64,000 bases of DNA from Octopus sinensis (Eukaryota): positions 30,814,001 to 30,878,000 of the forward strand of contig NC_042999.1 in assembly GCF_006345805.1 (NCBI RefSeq). The letters run 5' to 3'. The position numbers and the translations under genes are program-made. This document shows, piece by piece, positions 11,917-25,435 of this stretch; the stretch's first letter is position 1; each line of letters starts with the position of its first letter. A model generated the notes under the pieces. The model was not told the DNA's origin. It saw only the letters and a program-made list of their open reading frames with translations, and did no database searches.

Positions 11917-13730
11917 AATCATAGGAATCCTTAAAAATATTTCGAGCACGCTTTAACAACATTCTTAAATTTGGAATAGTATTGCATCAGAGTGCAGGTT
12001 GTCCGACGAAACTCTTTAACACGTCATAGTACACATTACCACTTTGTAGTACACTGACCAACTAAAACTAAACAAAACGTTCACACAGCATTTTGTGCGA
12101 TTTAAATGTCTATTCCTGATATAATTGTTTTATACATACAGCGAAATAAAAAAAACCATTCAAACATAAGTCGAAACATATGTTGAAATATACACACCCT
12201 ATATGTCTAAAATATGCAGGTTTCTGTACCTATGAGTATAAAATATTATAAATATCTTTTATTGATTGTATTTGACATCAAATAGAATTACGTCAAGAAT
12301 CGTTGAAGTTGTCAAATTCCCACAATGAGGGAAAAATAAGAATAAAAAATGCTCGTATACGTATTTACACACAAACACACGCTTGCACGCGCACGCGCAC
12401 ACACGCACACGCATGCACGTACACACACACACAAACACATATATATATATACATACACTCAGAAATTGAACTTATGTGCAGGTTTAGGAAAATACATGTG
12501 CATAAGTACAAATATATATATATGCAAATGTACGTATATATATATATAGATGCATGTATATATATATATATATGTATATATAAATACAAATATAATATAT
12601 ATATGTGTGTGTGTGTATTTATACATATATGCTAGTGTATACGCCTACATATATGTACATACTCATACACACACATACACACATATATGTGTATATATGT
12701 ATATATATGTACATGCGTACCTGTGTGTGGCAGGGTGAACATTCAGAAGCGTGTGTGCGCGATCGCTTGTTTATTCTATTCTTCGCCATTGTGAGATTTT
12801 TGACAACTTCAATGATACTTAATATATTTCTATTTGATGTTAAATAGAATCAATGAAGAATATTTATAACATCTATACACATAGACACATCAACGTGTAC
12901 GCGCAATCATATAGACACATGCGCAAACGAATATATATATAGAGAGAGGGAGATGATTAGATAGAGAAAGATAGAGAGAGACCTAGAGGGAAATGGATGG
13001 ATAGATAGATAGATATGCGTGTATGTATGCATGTATGTATTTTATATTACAGCACATACACAATGGAAGTTACTCTTGCGAAATTCAGTAAAGCAGAATA
13101 ACAATAAACTATAACTAGATAACCAAAGACAGGAAATGAAAAATCAAGAAAGCGATGAGGAAGAAGAATAAGAACAAGCGAGGTAGGGGAAAGAATGTTG
13201 TTCTGAATGAGGACAGAATTTTATCAATATGTGTTGATTGAACAAATCAATATAGTCTCACATGTGATCTGTTTTATGTCAAGCGAACAACAATCTCATT
13301 CACAATACACAACTGAGTATCCAGCAAAGAGTATTTGGAAATTTGTCATATTATCTCCGCATACTTCTTTTTTCTCTCCTTTCTCCTCCTTCTTTTTCGT
13401 TTCCTTAATTCCCAGCCTTATTTTTATCATTATCATCGTCTTTGTTACTATTTCATATAGAAAACTATGGTACAGTTGTAGGTTGAATATTAACGTTGGT
13501 TACGAGAAGTGAATATTTACATCCGTTGGTGAAAAGGAAGTGTTTTTAATATTGAAAGTTTCCCCGCCTGAATACATTGTATTTATCATGTTTCATTTCA
13601 TTACTCGGAGGATCAGCTGTCAAGCATTCATGATTGTTAAAGCTACTTAGCCAAAGGTAAATATCGAGAAACACAGTAATCTTAGCGCCAGTAATCGAAA
13701 GGAAATATAGTATTATTAAAAATAAACAAA

Positions 13731-13850
13731 CAACCATATGATTTCCGGGTCATTCACACTGCGTGGCACCAGACTCAAGTGTCTTCTACAATAGCCTCGG
13801 GCTGACCAAAGCGTTGTGAATATATTTGGTAGACGGAAACTGAAGGAAGC
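13731..13850 (+). mobile_element. SINE family A fragment
   Basis: Matches the core CAAGTGTCTTCTACAATAGCCTCGGG...GGTAGACGGAAACTG, followed by (GT)n. Confidence 0.8.
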
Positions 13851-13909
13851 ATTGTGTTTGTGTGTTTGTGTGTGTATGTGTGTGTGTGTGTGTGTGTGTT
13901 TGTGTGTGT

Positions 13910-13975
<66 letters not shown>

Positions 13976-14141
13976 ATTTACAGGGACAAAAGAAATCCAG
14001 AGAGATATGTAGAAAGCATTCTGAGTTAAACGAATTTGGTTGACTATATCCATGAATGAGATACCAATAAATGCCCATAGAATAAACATCCAAAGCAATT
14101 CCTCATGAATGACAAGTAAATCCATATATCGTTTAAAAGAT

Positions 14142-14628
14142 CTTCAAGAGAGTTGGAGTGTCAGACAATATTAAGAATATATATATCGATAGAAAAGAAC
14201 GGAAAAAACAGTATCCAGAGCACTACCACAACTTCCACCACCACGGAGAAAATTTATGTTACCTTAGTACAAATCTCGTGCTAGCTTTGTAATAAGCGAT
14301 TTGTTTTCAGTGCCTTGAATTTTGTGGTTGGAGGTTTTTAAAATTCTTTTAAATTTAGAATATTCTTATTAATACATATATATGTGCGTGTATACACAGA
14401 CAAATATACATACATACATACACACATATATCTGTATATATGTATCTATGTATCTATTTCAAGAGAGTTGGAGTGTCAGACAATATTAAGAATATGTTTT
14501 TAAAATTCTTTTAAATTTAGAATCTTCTTATAAATACATATATATATATGTGCATGTATACACAGACACATATACATACATACATACACACATATATCTG
14601 TATATATGTATCTATGTATCTATCTATG
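14142..14628. repeat. Local A-B-A-B duplication
   Basis: TCAAGAGAGTTGGAGTGTCAGACAATATTAAGAATAT occurs at ~14142 and ~14459. A ~125-bp block occurs at ~14336-14458 and again at ~14497-14628. Confidence 0.85.
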
Positions 14629-14629
14629 T

Positions 14630-15890
14630 ATTGTTGGCAATAACTCGTATCCGAGTAGTTAATCTGTAGATAGTTATTAAGCCCTTTATCCTGATGGGTG
14701 CGGAGGATTCATTGCCCGAGGTTGCTGTTAAAGCCAAAGGCAGTTTCAAGGAGCAGGAGGCATATATCGTAGTGAAGTTTGACGGGGAGCGAGGGAGTGC
14801 GAGTTGTTCTATGTGTCTTTGACGAGTGATCTCTGCATGTTGACTTCTGTTATTTTCCATCTGGACCGTTCCCTTGATGATGACATGCCGCCATATTGAG
14901 CGGCCCTTGGTGGTTGTCTCCTAAGTATTTGGGTCAGTGAAGCAACAAAGAAGACTGGTCTTGAGCTCGCAAAGGAATTTTGGGGCTTCGCATGATCTGT
15001 TGTCTAAAGCCAGCTCCACAAAGGTTATTGATGGAGGAGGTGTGTTGAGGCACCTGTGAAGTGTACTGACTAGTGGAGGCGGTGCCGTGTTACAGTAGCT
15101 TCGACGTTGGGCAGCCCGGCCTGGAGCAGAAAATCTGCATTTGTAATACAGTCTTCCATCGAATTCTCGTGATTACGAGAATTTGTGCTATTGGAAATTT
15201 TCGATTTTCTTCAAGTCACGTCGAAAGACCATCTACGGCTCACACCCATAAAAGGCGAAGACTAAGAATATCACGGTTTTCGATTGGATGGCAAGGTTGT
15301 GTTTTAAGAAGACGCATTTCCGGAATCATTATGTGCTACGCTGATCCTATTCTCGATGCATCAATGGTGCAATTGCTGGAGAGGTAGCTTCCGAAGTATG
15401 GGAAAGCTACCACGGTTTTCAGGATAATCACACTTGGCCTTAATTTTCCAGGAGAGTGCCACGTAGCCTTATGACAATGATGTCGGGGGAGTTTCGCCAA
15501 GGTCTCCCTGTGCAAGGATCATCGTCGTCATTACGTTTTTGGTCAAACTAAAGTGAGTATACAACTTGTCGAAGAGTTTCGCAGCCCCTTGAAGATCGAA
15601 AACTGAGTAAGTGCGCGAGAATGACATTGTTGTCAGTGTACTGCAGGTTATGAGAAAGTGCAGCTCGAACGGAATGCTTCGCTTTGGCTAATGCGCAGAA
15701 AGTGAGCTGGGGGTTGCTAAGCTCCTCTTCCATCTTTCCAAACAGCACAAGACCACATCGAGGCATCCGTAATCAACGCACTGACACATCCTGGACTGTG
15801 TACTCACCAGATTCTATGACAAGAGCGACGTACCCCTGACCTGCAGCCTTCCCGACGCGATGAATGTTGGACAGATCATCGACTACTCAT
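14630..15890 (-). mobile_element. RTE-clade LINE, 5'-truncated decayed RT 3' half
   Basis: Minus-strand motifs LQYTDN (YADD position, ORF 15548-15766) and AFPYFGSYLSSNCTIDA (~15410-15360), then RTE-like C-terminal blocks. The 3' end abuts a TATC/TATG-rich tract. Confidence 0.8.
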
Positions 15891-15979
15891 TTCCTAACTC
15901 AAACTACGTTGCTAAACCTTTTCTACCTCAATAAATCTGCAAAGAGGGAAAGGATTTTTATGTACATATAATAAATAAA

Positions 15980-16075
<96 letters not shown>

Positions 16076-16078
<3 letters not shown>

Positions 16079-16448
16079 CTGTGAGGTAAGTAATTTGCTT
16101 GCCAACCATATAGTTCCGGGTTCAGTCCCTCTGCGGGGTACTTTCGGCAAGTGTCTTCTACTATAGCCTCGTGTCAACCAAAGCCTTCTGAGTGGATTTA
16201 GTAGACGGAAACTAAAAGACGCCTCTCGTGTGTGTGTATGTATGTGTGTGTCTGTGTTTCTCGCCTTCTGCCATTCTCGCTTGACAACTGATGTTGGTGC
16301 GTTTACATCCCCGTAACTTAGCGATTTGGCAAAAGACTGATAGAATAAGTACTAGGCTTACAAAAAATTAAGTCCTGGGGGGTCGATTTGTTCGACTAAA
16401 GCCGGTGCTCCAGCATGGTCACAGTCAACTGACTGAAACAAATAAAAG
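16076..16448 (+). mobile_element. SINE family A
   Basis: Head, core and tail are colinear with 11500-11916. Confidence 0.9.
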
Positions 16449-16642
16449 AATAATATAATATATAAGCACAATGAAATTAAAACAGCCATCCATGTATCAT
16501 ACTAAAAGTAAATACACCTTAAAACATCTCAAACTGTTGAATTTTCTGAGATGCAAGCCATTGATAAACATATGTTAAAAAGTGGCTCATGAGAATAATA
16601 GACGCTCTGACAAGCGTCAGAAAGTGCCTTGTGACAGCTCTC

Positions 16643-16852
16643 TTCTTTTACTCTTTTACTTGTTTCAGTCATTTGACTGCGGCCATGCTGGAGCACCACC
16701 TTTTAGTCGACCAAATCGACACCGGGACTTATTCTTTGTAAGCCCAGTACTTATTCTATCGGTCTCTTTTGCCGAACCGCTAAGTGACGAGGACGTAAAC
16801 ACACCAGCATCGGTTGTCAAGCAATGCTAGGGGGACAAACATAGACACACAA

Positions 16853-16900
<48 letters not shown>

Positions 16901-17108
16901 GACAGGCTTCTTTCAGTTTCCGTCTACCAAATCCACTCACAAGGCCCGGGGCTATAGCAGAAGACTTCCGTCTACCAAATCCACTCACAAGGCATTGGTC
17001 GGCCCGGGACTATAGCAGAAGACACTTGCCCAAGATGCCACGCAGTGGGACTGAACCCAGAATCATGTGGTTGGTTAGCAAGCTACTTACCACACAGCCA
17101 CTCCTGCG
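16643..17108 (-). mobile_element. SINE family A with ~48-bp internal tandem duplication
   Basis: Reverse-complement full copy. TTCCGTCTACCAAATCCACTCACAAGGC...CTATAGCAGAAGAC occurs twice at 16918-17025, and the first copy lacks ~10 bp. Confidence 0.9.
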
Positions 17109-17396
17109 AATGAGAAAAAATTATTATTATTATTAACGTCAGTAAGCACTTTTAAATTTTAATCGTTTTACAATTCGACTCTAGCTGTTTCAAGCACAGC
17201 ATTCGCCACTTAGTATTTATAAAATATTATTCTTGTTCATTTCTATATTTTGTGTTATCTTCAAATATGGCAACTGTACTAGGCGTGTAACAAAATATAA
17301 TTGCATGAACATCTAAAATAAACCAGTTTAAAGAATTCCCTAGAGATTACAGGATAGATTTGATAGGAAAATTGCAGAAGGCAACTTAAAGATGAA

Positions 17397-17463
<67 letters not shown>

Positions 17464-17532
17464 TTAAATAATAATAATAATAATGATGATGATGATGGGG
17501 ATGATGATGATGATCGTGATGATCGTGAGGAT

Positions 17533-17567
<35 letters not shown>

Positions 17568-17860
17568 AGTTGTATTTTTAAGGCAAAATATGATTATAAA
17601 AGAGATGCGAAATTGTTTCTTTGCTTCTGGTGTCAATATTAGTGTCAGTATGACATTCCGTGTGTCATTTCCTACAAATATTAATTAAAAAGATTCCTTT
17701 TTACGCCACAAGGAGAATAGAAAAAGCAACGAATGCACTCGTGAAGAAAAAGGCTACATTGATATACGTACGTACAGTCAGTCAGACAGACAGGCAGGTA
17801 GAAAAGCAGACAGACAGACAGACAGACATAGTGATAGATAGATAGATAGATAGATAGATA

Positions 17861-18440
17861 TGTTTCTTTATTAGCCACACAGGGCTGCACACAGATAGAA
17901 CAAATTACAAGGTAGAGCTTTTCTTTTGAAGGTTTAAAAAAAAAAAAAAATAATAATAATAATAATAATAAAATAAAAAATAAAATAAAATAAAAAGGGG
18001 GGGCGATCAAAAGGGATCGTAAAAGGAGAGAAAGAGGACAAAAAAAGGGGGGGTTAAAAAAAAAGGGAGGAGAGGAAAAAAATTGATCAATAGGGATCGT
18101 TATCACAGAAATGTCAATATGAAGTGTAAAGGGGAGGACAGGTGAGGTTTACCCGTGGAAAGAAAAGCCTACGGAAAAGACCACGGTAACCTCGGTCAAT
18201 GAAGTCACATGTTATATTTCTTTTTTTTTTTTTTGCAAATAAGCAACTCTCTGAATTAATTTTTACGGTTCATAGAATCATAGTCAAGGTGGCTTCGTCA
18301 TTCATACGTGCCATCCTTGCTACATTCACCCATCATTTTTTAAAACATTCACTAGACAAAACTTGCCTCTCTACTCTCACTTTTTTCTTCAAGTGATACT
18401 TGAAGAAGTTGATGAGAGATTGACCAGAGAGGAAAGTACC
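17861..18440 (-). mobile_element. Tx1-clade LINE 3' end (ORF2 C-terminus plus 3'UTR)
   Basis: Minus-strand GTFLSGQSLINFFKYHLKKKVRVERQVLSSECFKK*WVNVARMARMNDEATLTMIL* (stop 18270), AATAAA at 17872-17867, then a (TATC)n tail. Confidence 0.8.
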
Positions 18441-18464
18441 ACCGCCGTCACCAAGAACGACAAT

Positions 18465-18498
<34 letters not shown>

Positions 18499-18759
18499 CG
18501 ACGACGACGACAACAACAATTCCCTTCAACCACTGCTCACTCCATCACCAACAAGTGAAAAAATAACGACGACAAGCAAACGAAATGCCGAAATTTGCGC
18601 TAATGCAGGACTAAATTACGCAGGCAATTTTCCACCCCTTGCTAGTTGCATAATCAGCAACCACAAACCTACAACCCACACCCCTGCCATCAACACCAAC
18701 ACCACCGGCAGTAACAACAATAACAGAAACAACAACAAACTTCGCCGAGGCGATAAAAG

Positions 18760-19957
18760 AAAAGGTAACAAAAGTTTCGTTTACTACACAACAGATTAAA
18801 GATTGCAGAAACCTTATTACAAATCAAAACGGAAAAATACTCTTACACATACCTCAGCACATACTGAATGAGGAAAAAAAAAGACAATTGTATATAAAAT
18901 CACAAATAAAAAAACAAAAAGTCCAGAAAAGGCAGCACAGACAAAGTCGAAAAGTGCTTACGCCCATCTGGGGATACAAGGATTGTGTGACTTGGGCGAA
19001 CAAGTTCGCACACGTACAGGTGGTTTTTCAGAATGAAGAGTTGGCGAAGAAATTCTCAACGATAACCCTTCATTCTGATGAACTAACGTTGACACCGAGT
19101 TACCTCGGCCAGAAGGTGACAAAAGTCATTATCAGTGGTGTCCCCCAAGTGACTACAACACTGTGGATTAGATCCGCCTTAACATCCGAAATGGAGGACA
19201 TAAACATCCTAGATATCGGTGTTTCGGAAAACAAGGACTGGCTGGGAAAGAGAATAGAGTTCCTCTTCCACATAAGTCAAGAGGACATAAATAAAATCCC
19301 CACCCACGTACATCTTGAGGATGCCGCAAGTTATACGTAGTAGTCGAGGGCAGAAGGCCACGATGCTATACATGTGGCAGTGAGGCACACCTCAAAAAGG
19401 AGTGCAAATCTGCCGCAAAATTACAACAACAACAACAGCCACAGGAAAAATCACAAAAGCCAGGATTATTGCCCACACCACACATATGACAGCTAGTCAA
19501 GAAGCTGTATGCGGAAATGCAGGAAAAACAACAAAGAACAAGCCAACCCAACCAAACAACACCAACACCAGCGCCAAGAACAGAATCATCACCACCAACA
19601 ACAAATAAACCAATTCCAACACCAAGAATAACAACGAAGAAGACAAGCACCAAGGATGTAGGAGAGACAATAACCACAACAACCCCCCAGCAACACACAC
19701 CCTCCCGCGCACCACAACAATATCTACAACCGCACAACACACCCACACGCTTTACCTTGCCCCCTGCTGATTCGTCAGACTTTTCATCTAACGATGAAAG
19801 TTCGACAGAATGGCAAATAGCCACAGGGGGTAAAAGAAAAAGATCAAGAAAAACCAAACAAGAAATCGCAACCAAAGCAGGGAGATACCTGAACCCTGAA
19901 AACTCCATACACAACAAAAAAGCACCAACACCACAAAAACAATGCTATCAGCGATAG
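18760..19957 (+). pseudogene. LINE ORF1 (CCHC zinc-knuckle protein), frameshifted
   Basis: ORF 18888-19340, then CYTCGSEAHLKKEC (CX2CX4HX4C, 19364-19405) and a T/P/K-rich tail (ORF 19517-19957). Confidence 0.75.
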
Positions 19958-20277
19958 ACACAAAGACTCCAAACTAATGGAGTACATCACAGGATACACA
20001 AACATTTGTGAAGATGACTTTAAAAATAGCAATCATCCACGCACTACACACACCACAAACACATCAAAATACTACACATCACACACACACCAAACACCAC
20101 AAACTCAAAGCCCTCTTCCCAAATGCTGTAGGGGGTTTCCAGAAATATCTGTCCCAAACTATATAGAAACCTCCTCGAAGACACATCAAAGAACGAGGAA
20201 GCCAAAACTTTCGACACAAGTAAGTAACTCTCTGTACTTTCATTTGTGTGTTTTAAAGCACACACCCCAATAGAATC

Positions 20278-23076
20278 ATGGTCAAGATTGGTTGTGTGAA
20301 TGCGCGTGGCTTGGGGTCTCCTTGGAAACAAGGATACCTCCTAAATGACATCAAGTCACATGATTTGGGAATCATAGCCATAAGTGAGACCAGACTCCAC
20401 GAGCCACGGGCCCTAAAGTCCATGTTTGGCGGACAGTTTAACATTTATTTCGCTCCCTGTCTGCCGAGGATGGGCGGTAGTGGCACCGCGGTACTTTTTC
20501 ACAAGAGCCTGGATCTCGAAGTCAAGACGATATTCGTAGACTCGGAGGGTAGACTGATCGATCTGGATGTTGACGGCAGCAATGGGTGCGCTTTTCGACT
20601 CCTATCAGTCTACGCACCGCCCTTAACAGGTCGGGCGGATTTCTTTCGACGTCTAGAAGTATTCTTGGGAACGTCTCGTCCTTTACTCTTAGTGGGGGAT
20701 TGGAATGCTACCTTGGACACGCATGTAGACTACGTGGGTAGAGACAGAAACAGAAGGGGATGCAAATGCCTCAGAGACCTGCTCAGACGATTCCAACTGT
20801 CTGACAGGTACCGACTCGACCACCCAATGCACCAACGTGGACATGGAGCAACCGCAGTGGGTCGTCGAGATCGTATCTAGATAGGATACTGTGTAGGACA
20901 GTAGACAAGGATAACTTAGGATGTCCACAATTCCACACAGTCAGCTACACGGATCACAAATTGGTGACGTGTACGCTAGACTTAGATAAGGCACATAGAC
21001 AGGGTCCTGGGTACTGGAAACTGAACGCATCATTCCCGTCCAGACAAGTTTTCAGAGACCGGATTAGCACACTAGTAAGAGGGCTTTGACGGGAGCCATC
21101 ATCACAACAAATGGTGGTTTGCCCTCAAGAGAGCAGTAAAAGCAGAAGCGATTAGGTACAGCAAAGCACTAGCCATAGATAGAAATAGAGTAGAGGGTGA
21201 GCTAGTTAAGAAGCTAGAAGAGGCAATTAGAAGCGGCATCGCATCCGACGTTTTGGCGGCGAGGTTGGCCCTCGACCAACACTTCAACGCCACACGAAGG
21301 ATGTGCTGTCAGAGCTAGGATGCGTGCTCTAAGGAACGAAGGTGTTGGAGCCGCGAGAGAGGCCCGGGTGGCAGAGGCGCAACAGGGCAACAAAGCCACC
21401 ATTCGGTCACTGGTAGATGAACAGGGGCGCGAATTGCTCGAGCCAAGTAAAATGTGTGAGGCCTTTCAGCAGCATTTTGCCCGACTGTTCGGGACGAGTG
21501 GAGGGCAAGAACGTAGGGTAGACTTCAGTGCCTACCTACATAGCCTGCCACGACTCTCGACAAGAAAGGCAGGGTGCTGCGAAGGTGCCATCACGGCGGC
21601 GGAAGTGCGGGAAGCGATGGCAGAATGCTCGAGGGACAAATCACCGGGTTTGGATGGTCTACCCTACGAATTTTACTATTGTATGCCAGACTTATTTGGA
21701 GACGTCTTGGCAGCGGTATACTGCAACTGGCAGCAAAACGGGAGCATACCCGGTTTTGTGAGTCGAGGAGCTGTAACTCTGCTGAAGAAAGATCCAAACA
21801 AGGGAAACGTTATAGATAACTTTAGGCCAATCACTCTGCTCAATGCAGACCTGAAAATTTTGACAAAGGTGTTAGCCAAGAGGTTGGCGCTTGTCATGGA
21901 GAAACTGGTCGACAACGCACAAACATGCGCCGTGCCGGGCCGGAGCATCCATGACAACCTCCATCTGATGCGCTACATCATAGACAGGGTAGTTAACGAA
22001 CCTGGCATGAGTGGGGCCCTGATCAACTTGGATCAATCGAAAGCCTTTGACCATCGATACTTGGAGGCAGTCCTGAGAGCGGCTGGTTTCGGTCCCGTCT
22101 TCCGCGGCTGGATAGCTGCCTTGTACTGAGGCATCCGTTCGGTAATTCGCGTAAATGGACATCTATCGAGACCCTTCGACATTGCACGTTCGGTCCGTCA
22201 GGGATGCCCCCCTCTCGGCGCATCTATACGTATTGACTCTTGAGCTACTACTGCGGAAGCTGGCGACTCTGAGGGGCATCCCGCGAGAATTAGGATGCGG
22301 GACGAGCGTGTCTGCATACGCGGACGACGTCACCGTCATAGTGTCAAGCCACGAGCACATCGAGCGGGTCGGCGAGACACTGAAAGACTACGAAGCGGTG
22401 ACAGGAGCAAAAATCAACCGGGAAAAGTCAGTGGGCTTGCGGCTCGGCACCTGGAGAAGCAAACCCATGCCGTCCACCAGTACCTCCGTCGTGGGACGCT
22501 GGACAGACGGCCCGGTTGAGTTTCTCGGGGTCTGGTTCGGTCCGGACCTCCAAATGGAGAAGAACTGGAACGAGATAACGAGTAGGGTGGTCACTCTCGC
22601 CCAGCAATGGGCCGAGAGGAAACTGTCCCTAAAAGGTCGGGCGGAGGTGGTGAACGCGTACATCGCGTCCATCATCTACTACCGCCTGACCGTCGTACCT
22701 TGTCCCGACCCTACCATCACCAAACTAGAACGCATCCTCTTCCGCTTCTTGTGGAACGGATGCGTCCCGATGGTCAGGCGATGCATCTGCTGTCAACACC
22801 CGTTAAAAGGAGGGCTGGGCATGCCGTGGTTGATGATGCGCAGACACGCGCTGAGACTGCGACATCTCCGGCTCTATGTAGACGACGGTGAACAGGTGTG
22901 GTCGCCGTTTGTGAGGCACGCATTCCCGCAGCTCGTCTCCATGACCGAACTACAGTCGTGGATCAAAAAGAGGCCGAAGAAGGGCGAATGGCACCGCGAG
23001 TGTCGCGTTGCTCTCAAGCAACTCTGCCGTCCCGGGTCGACCTTGAGTGACTTCAACACAACCAAAGCATTCTATA
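20278..23076 (+). pseudogene. LINE ORF2 (AP endonuclease plus reverse transcriptase), disrupted
   Basis: APE motifs VNARGL, ISETR, GDWNA and TDH. RT motifs KSPGLDGLPYEFY, FRPITLLNADLKIL, LDQSKAFD, VRQGCP, AYADD and FLGVWF. A stop at 22127 and several frameshifts. Confidence 0.92.
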
Positions 23077-23077
23077 T

Positions 23078-23210
<133 letters not shown>

Positions 23211-23474
23211 TGTTTCTTTATTAGCCACACAGGGCTGCACACAGACAGAACAAATTACAAGGTAGAGCTTTTCTTTTGGGGGGTTAAAAAAGGGGGTTTG
23301 GTTTTCAATCAAAAGGGATTGTAAAAGAAAAGAAAGAGGACAATAAAGGGGGGGATAAAATAAGAAAAGGGGAGGGGAAAGGAAAAAAATTGATCAATAG
23401 GGATCGTTATCACAGAAATGTCCATATGAAGTGTAAAGGGGAGACAGGTGAGGTTTACCCGTGGAAAGAAAAGC
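23211..23474 (-). mobile_element. Second, 5'-truncated copy of the Tx1 3'UTR
   Basis: Colinear with 17861-18170 (TGTTTCTTTATTAGCCACACAGGGCTGCACAC...CCCGTGGAAAGAAAAGC), with GATA arrays on both sides. Confidence 0.9.
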
Positions 23475-23477
23475 TTT

Positions 23478-23485
23478 GATAGATT

Positions 23486-23528
<43 letters not shown>

Positions 23529-23556
23529 GGAAAGACAGACAGTTAGACATACAGAC

Positions 23557-23624
<68 letters not shown>

Positions 23625-23657
23625 GTTGGTTGGTTGTTTGGCTGGTTGGTTGGTTGG

Positions 23658-23698
<41 letters not shown>

Positions 23699-23700
23699 AA
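23478..23700. repeat. Compound (GATA)n/(GACA)/(GGTT)n/(GATT)n microsatellite
   Basis: Directly visible. Confidence 0.95.
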
Positions 23701-24427
23701 GTTTATGTGCTTGAGTTCTGATTTGAAATTCTGCCGAGGTCAACTTTACATTTCCTTTTCCAGGATTGATACAGTCATAATCTACGCAAATAAACTGACG
23801 GAATCGTTAGAAAAATCTGACAGGATGTCCTTCGTATCTCTAGCGGTTGTTTGTGCCCTCAGTTCAAACTCTGCCACAGCGTATTTGAGTGGTCGATTTA
23901 TTTCATCGCTTAGTCAGGCACCAACAACTAGCACCATCGTTGTCCTTCGCATTTAGGCCAGGTTCTGGAATTAATGATATCTCCCTCTCTCCCTCCGGCA
24001 ATTCTCGGAGGTCTTGTAGTCGGTTGCAATGACTTCGAAAGTGCATCTGATATACAACCATAGCAAACGACTGATTAGGGTAGACTTCAATCCATGTTCT
24101 ACCTTCTCACACTAGATTTGTTCGTCATATCATCCATCCTAGCTTCACATACACACCAACACTTCATATCCCCATTTATCTATACCACAATACCTCTGCA
24201 ATTGCTCAAATCTCTACACTTAATACGCTCTACGAAGCTGCAAACATCACTATCACCATATGCCCGCCTCTAAACACGGCTAAACTCCTATATTTACACA
24301 TACACACCCACGCTTCCTCCTTAACTCCAGTCATAGAACCATCTTCCTACCTCGTTTTTGGTCCTTAGACTGTTTAATTGTCTCTCACTATTATGTTTTG
24401 CTTTTCTCTTTCCTTTGATGAAAGACA

Positions 24428-24658
24428 TACTCTTTTACTTGTTTCAGTCGTTTGAATGCGGCCATGCTGGAGCATCGCCTTTAGTCGAACAAATTGACCC
24501 CAAGATTTATTCTTTGTAAGCGTAGTACGTATTCTATCGGTTCTTTTGCCGAACCGCTATATTACGGGGATGTAAACAAACCAGCATCGGTTGTCAAGCG
24601 ATGTTGGGGGAGACAAATACAGGCACACAAACACACACACACACTCACACACACACAC

Positions 24659-24729
<71 letters not shown>

Positions 24730-24852
24730 CATGTACATATATACGATGGTTTCCGTCTACTAAATCCACTCACAAGGCTTTTGTCGGGCCAATGCTATAG
24801 AAGACGCTTACTCGATGTGCCACGCAGTGGGATTGAACCCGGAACCATGTGG
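24428..24852 (-). mobile_element. SINE family A (head partly lost)
   Basis: Reverse-complement match to 11500-11916. Confidence 0.88.
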
Positions 24853-25435
24853 TATTTGTTAACATTTTTCCCTCTCGTGTTATCGTTCTTCATTGTTCAT
24901 TGTGTTTACACAGCTATATATATATATATACGTGTGTGTGTATATGTGATTGTGTATGTGTGCGCATGCATATAGATAGACATATATATTTATAAATACA
25001 ATCATAAATATTTAGGCACACGCAAACACAAATATCAATATACGAATAAGGATATATTACGTGAGATATTTGTTTTATTGAAATTATTTCCGCTACCACA
25101 CAGTGGAGCAATATCTTGCGGCGGGTCCTACAGAAAGTTGTGAAAAGAGAACACAATATCAAGAGTCGAGAATTGGCATGAAGTCTTCTTACCTGAAGAC
25201 CAGGGAACAGTCATGGACAAATATTTCTGCATTAATCTGCAGCATCAATACGGCACTTTTCCTTCCTTATCTTCACGGTAGGAAATACTAAGGCACATGC
25301 AAATGGAGGAAAATACATACATGACCAAGTTAATCTACATAAATAATGAACTGAGCGAAATAATTACGCGTGACCATGTACATGAAAAAAAAACGATTAA
25401 TAAAGCTATATTAAATAACATACAAAATTAATTAC

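Larger units (their letters stand above)
18443..23076 (+). mobile_element. Tx1-clade (L1 group) LINE body: 5'UTR, ORF1, ORF2, 3'-truncated
   Basis: ORF1 with a gag-type zinc knuckle is followed by ORF2 with APE and RT domains. The sequence stops abruptly at TTKAFY against a (GATA)n array. Confidence 0.9.
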
